A DNA stretch of 64,000 nt from Anaerolineae bacterium (lineage in GTDB: Bacteria; Chloroflexota; Anaerolineae; SpSt-600): positions 9,956-73,955 of the forward strand of contig JANXAG010000006.1 of NCBI GenBank assembly GCA_025062375.1. Reading direction: 5' to 3'. The notes below the pieces were generated by a model, which ran no database searches, was not told where the DNA came from, and worked only from the letters and a program-made list of their open reading frames with translations. Positions 55,802 through 64,000 of this stretch are shown here, in pieces. Numbering within the stretch: the stretch's first letter is position 1; every line of letters begins with the position of its first letter. Both the position numbers and the translations under genes were made by a program.

Positions 55802-58033
55802 ATGACCGGAAAACTTGGGCTAAAATTTTGGGGTGAAAAGTTTGCAGTTTTATTTTCGGCTTTGTTGGTTTTAGTGGTTATGCTCAGCTCTGGTTGCAGC
55901 CCAGCATTATCGGAAAAAGGCCAGCTCCTTCCCCATCATGCTGCCAACTATAGGGAAACCGTTTCTATTTCCAACGATCGTGTGACCATCTCTTTCAGTT
56001 TGCCCACAGGGTTGATCTCTTTTGCGGCCAGAGGGCGGGAGGTTTTTGAAGGTGCATTTTTCGGCGCCTTAATAAACGGAGAGGAATGGGTAAGTTCTCA
56101 ATTTACCTGGGAAGAGTGGAGCAAAATTACCATAGCCGACGCTTTGGGCCACGGTAATAGCCTAATTGTTATCAGCACGGAGAACAGGGGAATCAGGTGG
56201 GTATTGGAGATCACTCTATACGAAGGCAAGGATTATGCAATCTTCCAGCACACACTGACCAATACAGGTCAACAAGCTGTAAAGGTAGGTGGTCTGAAGC
56301 CTCTTGCTGTGGAGGCCAACGGCAAATTCTCCAGAGATTTCTCCTTAAGAGGGGCCGTGGTTTTCATTAACGGTTATACCAGCGTCGGCTACAGGGGAGT
56401 GGTGCCTGTATTGCCTGTTCCCCACGTGGCAATACCCGGCTCCTTGCCCGATGGCACAGGTAACCTCCGTTTCGGTGATTACTCCGGGTGGTGGGTGCAT
56501 GCCCTCTGGATCAGGAACAGGGGAATAGGGTTTATTGCCGGTGCACTTACAGCTGAGAAGTGGAAGACTTTTATTGATTTACGCCAGAATCTTCTTACCG
56601 GTAGAATATCCAGCTGGAGCGTGAACAACCTGGGCGATGCGCTGCTCCCTCCAGGTCAAGCTTTTGCTTCGGAAAAGATTATGATAGGGGTGTGCACCAA
56701 CCCTCTGACCTGCCTGGATGAGTACGGAGCGGCTGTGGGAAAGGTTAACCAGGTTAAGCCAGCCCCCGCTTCCCTCGGATGGTGCTCTTGGCCTTACTAT
56801 TACCGGAAGATCACCGAAACAGAGGTGTTGCGCAACGCTGCTTTTATGAAAGAAAGGCTCTCTCCCGCTTATAAATACGTCCTGATAGATAGCGGGTGGT
56901 TTACTTTCCGCGGTGATTGGAAGGCTAATGAGAAGTTCCCTGAAGGGATGAAGGCCACTGCTCAGAAGATCCGCAACCTGGGGCTGAGGCCAGGCCTGTG
57001 GTTCGCCCCTTTCCTGGTGGATAAGGGGTCAGCCCTTTTGCACCAGCATCCCGATTGGTTTGTGAAAAATGAGGATGGTTCGCTTTATGTTTATAAGCAA
57101 GACCCAGGAGCCCCGGAAAGGTACGTACTGGATGGTTCCCACCCTGAAGTGCAGGCGTGGCTGGAAAAGCTTTTCAGCACCGTAGTCAATGAATGGGGAT
57201 ACGAGTATCTGAAGCTGGATTTCCTACAAGCGGGCGCGGTGGAAGGCAAAAGATATAACCCTGCTGTAACTTCCCTGGAAGCTCTGCGCCAGGGCCTGCG
57301 GGCGATCAGAAGGGGAGCCGGCGATAAGACTTATATCCAGCAGGCTATAGGCCCATGGCTGGCGCCGGTGGGGATCCTCAACGAAAGCCGCATGGGCATG
57401 GATACAGAATTTCGCCTGAGCGCTGGCCTAACGACTAGCGATATTCCATGGCTCAACTGGCAATACGCCACCTGGTATATCCGGAACAACATAGCTGGCT
57501 ACTTCGCCAGGGGCAATCTTTTCAATGTGCAGTCAGGCGAAGGGATCAGACTTGGACCCTGGTCTCTTCAAGAGACGAAGACTCTGCTGGCTACTTACGC
57601 CTTGAACGGCAACCTGTGGCTTGCTGGGGATTTGACAGCCTTGTCCCCGGAACAGATAGACTTGCTGAACAATGAGGCCATTATCGCTTTGAGCACTTCT
57701 AATTTAAGGGTCAAGCCCGCAGATCTTTTTGAAAGGCCGGATTTCCTGGCAGCCTTTGGCGCCATGAATGTGTTTGGCGATAGCCAGCGTTTAACTTACG
57801 GTAATTTACCCACTGTCTGGTATGCTCCTGTAGAAGGCTCACTGCTGGTCGGCCTGTTCAATTGGGGGGATCGCAGGACTACAGTAACTTTACCCCTGGC
57901 TAAGATAGGGCTGGATCCAGATAGAAGGTATTCCTTTTTTGACCTCTGGACCGGCCAGAAAGTAGGAGAATATCGGGGAAGCATTACTATACCGATTGAC
58001 GCTCATTCTCATATGCTGCTGAGGATAGAATGA
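55802..58033 (+). CDS. GH36-family alpha-galactosidase-like lipoprotein
   Basis: LSSGC lipobox; GWCSW, IDSGW, KFPEGMK, GLWFAPF, YLKLDF (nucleophile), SRMGMD; ATG 55802 with AGGAG SD. Confidence 0.85.
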   Translation: MTGKLGLKFWGEKFAVLFSALLVLVVMLSSGCSPALSEKGQLLPHHAANYRETVSISNDRVTISFSLPTGLISFAARGREVFEGAFFGALINGEEWVSSQFTWEEWSKITIADALGHGNSLIVISTENRGIRWVLEITLYEGKDYAIFQHTLTNTGQQAVKVGGLKPLAVEANGKFSRDFSLRGAVVFINGYTSVGYRGVVPVLPVPHVAIPGSLPDGTGNLRFGDYSGWWVHALWIRNRGIGFIAGALTAEKWKTFIDLRQNLLTGRISSWSVNNLGDALLPPGQAFASEKIMIGVCTNPLTCLDEYGAAVGKVNQVKPAPASLGWCSWPYYYRKITETEVLRNAAFMKERLSPAYKYVLIDSGWFTFRGDWKANEKFPEGMKATAQKIRNLGLRPGLWFAPFLVDKGSALLHQHPDWFVKNEDGSLYVYKQDPGAPERYVLDGSHPEVQAWLEKLFSTVVNEWGYEYLKLDFLQAGAVEGKRYNPAVTSLEALRQGLRAIRRGAGDKTYIQQAIGPWLAPVGILNESRMGMDTEFRLSAGLTTSDIPWLNWQYATWYIRNNIAGYFARGNLFNVQSGEGIRLGPWSLQETKTLLATYALNGNLWLAGDLTALSPEQIDLLNNEAIIALSTSNLRVKPADLFERPDFLAAFGAMNVFGDSQRLTYGNLPTVWYAPVEGSLLVGLFNWGDRRTTVTLPLAKIGLDPDRRYSFFDLWTGQKVGEYRGSITIPIDAHSHMLLRIE

Positions 58034-58246
58034 GTTTTTGTCCGAGTTGGTGGCGGGCCTATCGTTGCGCCGGGCGCGGTGCGCGTCGTTTGCTTTCTGG
58101 ATTTATATTTTAGCGCCAGGCACCGCTGACCGACCGGCGGATCAGTTCAGTCTAGCTATTTGTGGCCCAGTTGAAGCCCGGTCGGTTGAATTGTTCAAAG
58201 AGATTGCCATGTTTGGTTAGCCGGGAAATAAAACAGGAGGATTACT

Positions 58247-59533
58247 ATGGCTTATCCGATAAGGCGCTGGCCCGTTGTGGTCATCTTTTTTTCTTTCATG
58301 CTCCTGCATCAGATGGATAAATTGCTCATCGGGCCTCTGACTACTCCTATTATGGAGACTTTCCGGATCAATGAGGCCCAGATGGGGGCAGTTTTCAGCG
58401 GAGCCCTGCTAGTAGGAGGCTTGCTTTACCCTGTCTGGGGTTACCTTTACGACCGGTTCGCCCGGCCTAAATTACTGGCCCTGGCTGCCTTTATCTGGGG
58501 TTCCACCACCTGGTTAAGTGCCCTTGCTCCTAATTACAGCACCTTTCTGGTCACCAGAGCTTCCACTGGCATAGATGATTCCAGCTACCCCGGGCTCCAT
58601 AGCTTGATATCCGATTACTTTGAGCCTGGCATACGGGGTAAAATATACGGATTGTTGCAGCTGGCCGCCCCCCTGGGTTACCTGCTGGGCATGGTCCTGG
58701 CTTTCAGTTTGCGGGATGTTATCGGCTGGCGGGGTGTGTATTATATAACCGGGGCCATGGGCATAATTCTGGCTCTGGCTATATACCGCTGGGTTATAGA
58801 AGTGCCACGGGGTCGGGCGGAGCCGGAAATGGCTGGCCTGGAGCAGATAAGCGTTTATAAATTTGACCCCAAGTTAGCTCGTGGTCTTTTCCGCAAGAAG
58901 AGCCTGGTCCTTCTCTACCTTCAAGGTTTCTTCGGCGTTTGGCCCTGGCAGGTCATCACTTACTGGTTTTTCCGCTATCTGGAGACGGAGCGGAAATATA
59001 GTGCGGATGTAATAATGATAACTATGCTGGTGGCTGTCCTGGTTCTGGCCTCCGGGTATTTTATAGGCGGCGCTATAGGCGATTTCTTGTTCAGGCGAAC
59101 CCGCAGGGGGCGTATTATTGTTTGCACTGCTGGTGTTTTTTTGGGTTTAATTTTCCTGGTTCTGACTATGAAGACGCCGCCGGAAAATTACGGCACTTTT
59201 ATGGTTTTCTTGATTTTAACTGCTCTCTTCATACCCTTTGCGGCACCTAACACCCTTTCCACTGTTTATGATGTTACTGAGCCTGAGGTACGGAGCACTG
59301 CTGTTGCCATTTCTAACTTCATAGAACAAGGAGGCACGGCTGTAGCACCATTCCTGGCCGGGCTTATCGCCACTGTATCATCTCTGGGCGATGCCATTCT
59401 CATTATTTGCACTGCGGGGTGGCTGGTGTGTGGTACTATCTTTCCCCTGGTGGGCTGGCTGCTGCCCAGGGATATGGATGCCCTGCGTCAGTTAATGCGC
59501 CAGAGGGCGGAAATGGAGATGGCACGAGGATAA
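58247..59533 (+). CDS. MFS transporter (spinster/ACS-like, probable sugar uptake)
   Basis: WGYLYDRFAR motif A, RASTGI, LISDYF..RGK..G, GAIGDFL. Confidence 0.88.
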   Translation: MAYPIRRWPVVVIFFSFMLLHQMDKLLIGPLTTPIMETFRINEAQMGAVFSGALLVGGLLYPVWGYLYDRFARPKLLALAAFIWGSTTWLSALAPNYSTFLVTRASTGIDDSSYPGLHSLISDYFEPGIRGKIYGLLQLAAPLGYLLGMVLAFSLRDVIGWRGVYYITGAMGIILALAIYRWVIEVPRGRAEPEMAGLEQISVYKFDPKLARGLFRKKSLVLLYLQGFFGVWPWQVITYWFFRYLETERKYSADVIMITMLVAVLVLASGYFIGGAIGDFLFRRTRRGRIIVCTAGVFLGLIFLVLTMKTPPENYGTFMVFLILTALFIPFAAPNTLSTVYDVTEPEVRSTAVAISNFIEQGGTAVAPFLAGLIATVSSLGDAILIICTAGWLVCGTIFPLVGWLLPRDMDALRQLMRQRAEMEMARG

Positions 59534-59935
59534 GTGGGGTTAGCAGTTTTTGAGGTTTCTGGGGGCACATCCCCCAGGCCCCCTGCCATGGGGCAAGCCC
59601 CCTGGACCCCCGAATTTTTCCCGCCCTCGTGGGCTTTGGGTTTGCCACGGTTTTGGGTCCCACTCGTGGGCAAGATGCAGGAGATGGCTGATCGCTCCCT
59701 TTTGGGGTTTCTGGGGGCACATCCCCAAGACCCCCTGCCAGGGGGCAAGCCCCCTGGACCCCCGAATTTTTCCCACCCTCGTGGGCTTGGGGTTTGCCAC
59801 GGTTTTGGGTCCCACTCGTGGGCGGGATGTAGGAGATGGCTGATCGCTCCCTTTTGAGGTTTTCGGGGGATGCCCCTAAAGTCTCAGGGAATGGAGGGTT
59901 TTTTCCTCACTTTCGTGGGTGGGATGCGGGTATTC
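59534..59935. repeat. Tandem ~152-bp multi-hairpin repeat, about 2.5 units, same family and orientation as 1121-1440
   Basis: GATCGCTCCC at 59690 and 59842; same GGGGCAAGCCCCCTGGACCCCC and CCCACTCGTGGG motifs; last unit decays. Confidence 0.85.
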
Positions 59936-59964
59936 GTTGGTCGCTAATTTTCAGATGCCCCAGG

Positions 59965-60921
59965 CTAAAAGCGGCGCCTTTTTATAGCCTCTTCAGGAGG
60001 AAGAGTAGTGCGGTCAAAGATCTCACGGATATGAGGCTTGGAATAGTGGGCATAAACGCGTTTGGTGGTGCTTATGTCAGCATGACCAAGAATATCCTGA
60101 ATGGCTTCCAGAGGAGCTCCTTCTTCCAGCATTTGGGTGGCCCTGTAGTGCCGAAAGTCATGCGGGGTGACATGGAGACCAAGAGCTCTGGCAGCTTTCT
60201 TTACTGTGGCCCAGATGCTCACTGTGCTTAGCCGACAACCATAATCCCGACCGTGAGAGATAAAAAGGGGCTCGTAGTGGTCTTTTCTCTCTTCCACATA
60301 TGCCCGAATAGCTTCCTGGGCCTCTGAAGTCAAAAAGATGAAACGCTGCCTCTGACCTTTGCCCACCACCACGACTTCTCTGCGGCGACCATCAGCCACA
60401 TCCTTGCGGTTGAGGGAGGCTACTTCGGCTATTCTACCCGCAGAGGCATAAAGGGTGTGAACTATAGCACGGCTCCGCAGGAGCCGCAGACGCTCAAGCC
60501 TGTCCTCCGGAAGGGGCTGTTCATCGTAAAAGAGGACTACCGCTGGTAACTCCGGATCAGGCATGGGAATAGGATAAGAAGCACGAGGAAGGATGGCCTT
60601 AACTTTTTCTTTAGCTCTTTCTATAGAGAAATCAGGTGGCAAGAGACGATGCCGAAATAAGTAACGGAGGAAGGCAGTAGCAGCAGCAAGGTAGGTTTGC
60701 TCTGTGAAGCGGGAAAAGCCCCTTTTATCAAGCCAGATAAAAAACTCTTCCAAGGCTTCCTCCCCTATGGAGGAAACCACAGGGTTTATCAATCCACTTC
60801 TTTCCGCGAGGAATTCCATAAAGGCCTTAAGGCCGGTGGAGTAAGTCTTATGGGTGCAGGGGCTTGCTTCCAGCCCCCTGAGGAATTTTTCTGCCGCTTC
60901 ACCCAGGGATAAGTCTACCAT
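59965..60921 (-). CDS. XerC/D-type tyrosine recombinase with intact R-K-H-R-H-Y residues
   Basis: ASAGRIAE, VGKGQRQR, TPHDFRH, LGHADISTTKRVY. Confidence 0.92.
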   Translation of the reverse strand: MVDLSLGEAAEKFLRGLEASPCTHKTYSTGLKAFMEFLAERSGLINPVVSSIGEEALEEFFIWLDKRGFSRFTEQTYLAAATAFLRYLFRHRLLPPDFSIERAKEKVKAILPRASYPIPMPDPELPAVVLFYDEQPLPEDRLERLRLLRSRAIVHTLYASAGRIAEVASLNRKDVADGRRREVVVVGKGQRQRFIFLTSEAQEAIRAYVEERKDHYEPLFISHGRDYGCRLSTVSIWATVKKAARALGLHVTPHDFRHYRATQMLEEGAPLEAIQDILGHADISTTKRVYAHYSKPHIREIFDRTTLPPEEAIKRRRF

Positions 60922-60925
60922 TGTC

Positions 60926-62191
60926 TCAGGCCGTCTCTTTCAGCTTATCCCACCAGTAAATTGGAATTCCACGGCTGTTTATCAGGATTGGGTGCCCTTT
61001 TCCCCGGATGGCATCGGCATTGACAATGCACCGGGTTACATCTGGCATAGAGGGTATTTCGTACATAACGTCCAGAAGCGTTTCTTCAATGATGGTGCGA
61101 AGACCCCTGGCCCCAGTTTTGCGCTTGAGGGCCTCTTCAGCAGCAGCTTCCAGAGCTTCAGGAGTGAAAACCAGTTCCACTCCATCCAGGGCAAAAAGTT
61201 GCTGGAACTGTTTAACTATGGCATTCCTGGGCTTCGTCAGGATGTCAATCATCGCTTGTTTATCCAGCGGGTCAACGCTCACGATAACGGGCAAGCGGCC
61301 TACAAATTCCGGGATAAAGCCGAACTTCATGAGGTCATCGGGAATGACTTGGCGCAGGAGTTCAGCAGTTTCCAGCTCCCGAGCCTTTGGTTCGCCTTCC
61401 CTCAGGAACCCTACCCTCCCTTTAAGGCCTATGCGTTCCGCTACAATTTTATCTAGACCCTCAAAAGCTCCTCCGCAGATGAAGAGGATATCGGTGGTGT
61501 CAATCTGGATGAATTCCTGGTAAGGGTGTTTACGCCCACCCTGAGGAGGAACGTTAGCTATGGTCCCTTCTATAATCTTGAGGAGGGCTTGTTGAACTCC
61601 TTCACCTGAGACATCCCTTGTAATTGAAGGGTTATCGCCTGATTTGCGAGCAATTTTGTCTATCTCATCAATGTAAACAATGCCCTTTTGGGCCCTGGCA
61701 ATATCGTAATCAGCGGCCTGGATAAGGCGGAGGAGGATGTTCTCCACATCCTCTCCAACGTATCCTGCCTCGGTAAGGGAGGTGGCGTCAGCTATGGCAA
61801 AAGGGACGTCCAGGATTCTGGCGAGGGTTTGGGCCAGAAGGGTCTTACCACAGCCAGTGGGGCCGATAAGTAGGATGTTGGATTTCTGGATTTCTACTTC
61901 GGCGGCATTTTTGCGGTTCAAAATCCGCTTGTAGTGGTTGTAAACGGCTACGGAGAGAACCTTTTTGGCCCTGTCCTGGCCCACCACATATTGGTTCAAA
62001 GCCTCATAGATTTCCTTTGGGGAAGGGACGTGAGGGATGAATTCGTCCTCTTCTGGCCTTCCTTTTTCTTCAAAGATTCTCACACATAGTTCGGCGCAGC
62101 CCCGGCAAATATAAACATCGCTGGGGCCAGCTATGAGCCTTCCGGCTATCGTCTCAGGCCGGCCACAGAAAGAGCAATGAGGCAGAAACAT
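60926..62191 (-). CDS. clpX: ATP-dependent Clp protease ATP-binding subunit ClpX
   Basis: CSFCG zinc finger, [39 protein letters not shown]. Confidence 0.97.
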   Translation of the reverse strand: MFLPHCSFCGRPETIAGRLIAGPSDVYICRGCAELCVRIFEEKGRPEEDEFIPHVPSPKEIYEALNQYVVGQDRAKKVLSVAVYNHYKRILNRKNAAEVEIQKSNILLIGPTGCGKTLLAQTLARILDVPFAIADATSLTEAGYVGEDVENILLRLIQAADYDIARAQKGIVYIDEIDKIARKSGDNPSITRDVSGEGVQQALLKIIEGTIANVPPQGGRKHPYQEFIQIDTTDILFICGGAFEGLDKIVAERIGLKGRVGFLREGEPKARELETAELLRQVIPDDLMKFGFIPEFVGRLPVIVSVDPLDKQAMIDILTKPRNAIVKQFQQLFALDGVELVFTPEALEAAAEEALKRKTGARGLRTIIEETLLDVMYEIPSMPDVTRCIVNADAIRGKGHPILINSRGIPIYWWDKLKETA

Positions 62192-62210
62192 TTAATTACC
62201 CCTTCTTCAC

Positions 62211-62831
62211 CTAAGTTCCCGGTGCTCCCCTCTTTTTGCCAGGAGGAACCTCTAAAACCTCATCTATAATCCCGTATTCAACAGCACCCTTGGCATCCAT
62301 GTAATAATCGCGGTCAAAATCCTGAATTATTCTCTCCAGCGGTTGGCCAGTGTGATAGGCCAAAAGCTCCTGAATTATCCTCTGGACTCTCAAGAGCTCT
62401 TTGGCCTGGATTTCAATGTCGGGTGCGTAACCCTGTATTCCACCTCCGGCCGGGTGCATGTGGATCGTGGCATGAGGCAAAGCGTAGCGCTTCCCTTTGG
62501 TCCCAGCTGCCAGAAGAACCGTCCCCATGCTGGCAGTCCAGCCCACGGCTATGGTGGACACGGGTGCTCTTATAAGCTGCATAGTGTCGTAAATGGCAAG
62601 ACCGGGGTATATCGCTCCGCCCGGACAGTTTATGTAGAGATAAATGTCCCTTTCCGGATCTTCCCGGTCCAGATAGAGAAGCTGAGCCACTATCAGGTTG
62701 GCCACCTGATCAGTAATGGGCGTGCCCAAAAATACTATCCTTTCCTTAAGGAGCAGGGAGTATATGTCGTAAACCCTCTCGCCTCTCCCTGTAGATTCAA
62801 TCACCATCGGGATTATGGCTCTCGCCCTCAT
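62211..62831 (-). CDS. clpP: ClpP protease proteolytic subunit
   Basis: [28 protein letters not shown] Ser, MH His, DRD; ATG 62831 with GGAGGA SD. Confidence 0.96.
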   Translation of the reverse strand: MRARAIIPMVIESTGRGERVYDIYSLLLKERIVFLGTPITDQVANLIVAQLLYLDREDPERDIYLYINCPGGAIYPGLAIYDTMQLIRAPVSTIAVGWTASMGTVLLAAGTKGKRYALPHATIHMHPAGGGIQGYAPDIEIQAKELLRVQRIIQELLAYHTGQPLERIIQDFDRDYYMDAKGAVEYGIIDEVLEVPPGKKRGAPGT

Positions 62832-64000
62832 CCACTTCCTCCTCCAGCATAATTTCCAGAAGACGTCTCTCAACCTTAGCTCTGAATAGAGCCATGGTAA
62901 GGCCCTGTTTAAAATTAGGGGAGCGAACGTCTCTTTTGGTCTTTTTGTCGGTTAATGTGGATTCAAATTTCTCCAGAACTTTGGTAACCTCTTCTTCTGA
63001 AATTTTCAGCCCCTCCTCTTCAATGAATTTACGCAAAACCAGGCGCCTCTTCAGCCTTTCAGTGACCTCTGGCAGTATTTCCTGCCGGTGTTCCTCCAAA
63101 GTTTTGCCCTGCATTTTCAAGTAATTTTCGAGCGAAAGGCCTCTCTTCCGCAAAGCCTTGTCCTCTTCTTGAAGGAAGTTTTCTATTTCTAGTTCCACTA
63201 AAAGAGGGGGCATCTCCACCTTAGCGTTCTTTACCAGGATATCCAGAGCTTCCGCAAGGGCCTCTTCTTCGTTAACGAATTTCTTCAGTTCCAGCAATTC
63301 CTGCTGAATTTGTTCTTTCAGTTCCGAAAGAGAATTAAAATCTCCTACGGAACGGGCGAATTCGTCATCGAGGGGTGGAAGTTGCTTTTCCTTGACCTCA
63401 TGGACTTTGACCTGAAGGGTGATCTCCTCATTTTCTTTTTGCAGGGTGAAGGTTTTTTCCTGGCCAGGGGTGAGGCCCTCCAGGTTCTGGCTCAGCCCTT
63501 TAATTGGCTCAGTCTCAGGGTCCAGGTATAGGACGACGTTTTCCATCTTGTTTTCCTGGTGGCCTGATTTAAAGGTTAAATCGGCTATTATGAGGTCCCC
63601 TCCGGAAGCAGCGCGTTCCACCGTAATCCACGTGGCTTTCTCCTCTTGGAGCTTCAGAAGTTTTTCTTGAATTTCTTCCTCGTTGACCTTAACTTTTTTT
63701 CTTTTCACCCTCAAACTTCGGTAATCTCCCAGGTCAACGATGGGCTTGAGGGGCACCTTAAAAGTTATGGAAAAAGGCTCCACCGAAACTTCGTGAACTT
63801 GCCCCGGGGCTATGGGCTCAAGGTTGAGGTCAGTTATAAGTTTGGGGTAAATTTTCCGGGACAATTCTTCAAAGGCCACTTCGTAAATTAATCGCTCCCC
63901 CACTGTGCGCCGGACAACATCATAGGGAGCTTTGCCTTTCCGGAAGCCTGGGATGTTTATTTCGCCTGATATAATCTGGACGGCTTCCTTGAGAGCTTCC
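62797..64000 (-). CDS. tig: Trigger factor (5' end outside the window)
   Basis: Frame extends to the window edge and contains [10 protein letters not shown]; LDDEFA, tig-clpP-clpX order. Confidence 0.93.
   Translation of the reverse strand, partial: EALKEAVQIISGEINIPGFRKGKAPYDVVRRTVGERLIYEVAFEELSRKIYPKLITDLNLEPIAPGQVHEVSVEPFSITFKVPLKPIVDLGDYRSLRVKRKKVKVNEEEIQEKLLKLQEEKATWITVERAASGGDLIIADLTFKSGHQENKMENVVLYLDPETEPIKGLSQNLEGLTPGQEKTFTLQKENEEITLQVKVHEVKEKQLPPLDDEFARSVGDFNSLSELKEQIQQELLELKKFVNEEEALAEALDILVKNAKVEMPPLLVELEIENFLQEEDKALRKRGLSLENYLKMQGKTLEEHRQEILPEVTERLKRRLVLRKFIEEEGLKISEEEVTKVLEKFESTLTDKKTKRDVRSPNFKQGLTMALFRAKVERRLLEIMLEEEVDEGESHNPDGD

Noticed and set aside
58110-58175. glmS ribozyme-like AGCGCCAGG
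   Set aside because: The downstream core (ACT..., GTTGACGAGG) is absent
49579-60921. Prophage or integrative element bounded by the tRNA cluster and two tyrosine recombinases
   Set aside because: Intervening genes are housekeeping (punA, pgm, rrf2), there are no phage genes, and I saw no tRNA 3'-end duplication or dif-like site
63595-63615. SRP helix-8-like GAGGTCCCCTCCGGAAGCAGC
   Set aside because: Lies antisense within tig coding sequence; coincidental

Overview
This is a mostly housekeeping bacterial chromosome segment. It probably comes from a thermophilic Chloroflexota (Anaerolineae-like) organism; that is inferred from the C-terminal 'FLPLVLR' motif, many Pro/Thr linkers, the bifunctional FBP aldolase/phosphatase and Gram-positive-like gene sets. 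Core content: cmk-plsC-GDPD, trpD, cdd, LCP, site-2 protease, tmRNA, 8 tRNAs, tldD/pmbA, fbp, mutL, PBP1A, uvsE, nnr, rho, punA, pgm and tig-clpP-clpX. Features the ORF track misses or does not explain: (1) two tandem 47-aa Flp pilins heading a partial Tad locus that ends in a 1573-aa Kelch/DUF11/CARDB adhesin; (2) a decayed six-repeat orphan CRISPR array between a promoter and a GH36 lipoprotein gene; (3) a ~153-bp multi-hairpin tandem repeat family at two loci 58 kb apart; (4) two candidate structured ncRNAs (31.0 kb and 52.1-52.3 kb); (5) an XerD-like protein with a degenerate active site plus an intact Xer after clpX; (6) a membrane-anchored solo Cas4-like nuclease; (7) a reader-like/Vsr-like fusion coupled to uvsE; (8) a kinase-like protein coupled to a class III aminotransferase; (9) an Ig-like domain shared by PBP1A and a small membrane protein. 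All family calls come from motif recognition by eye; no database searches were run.
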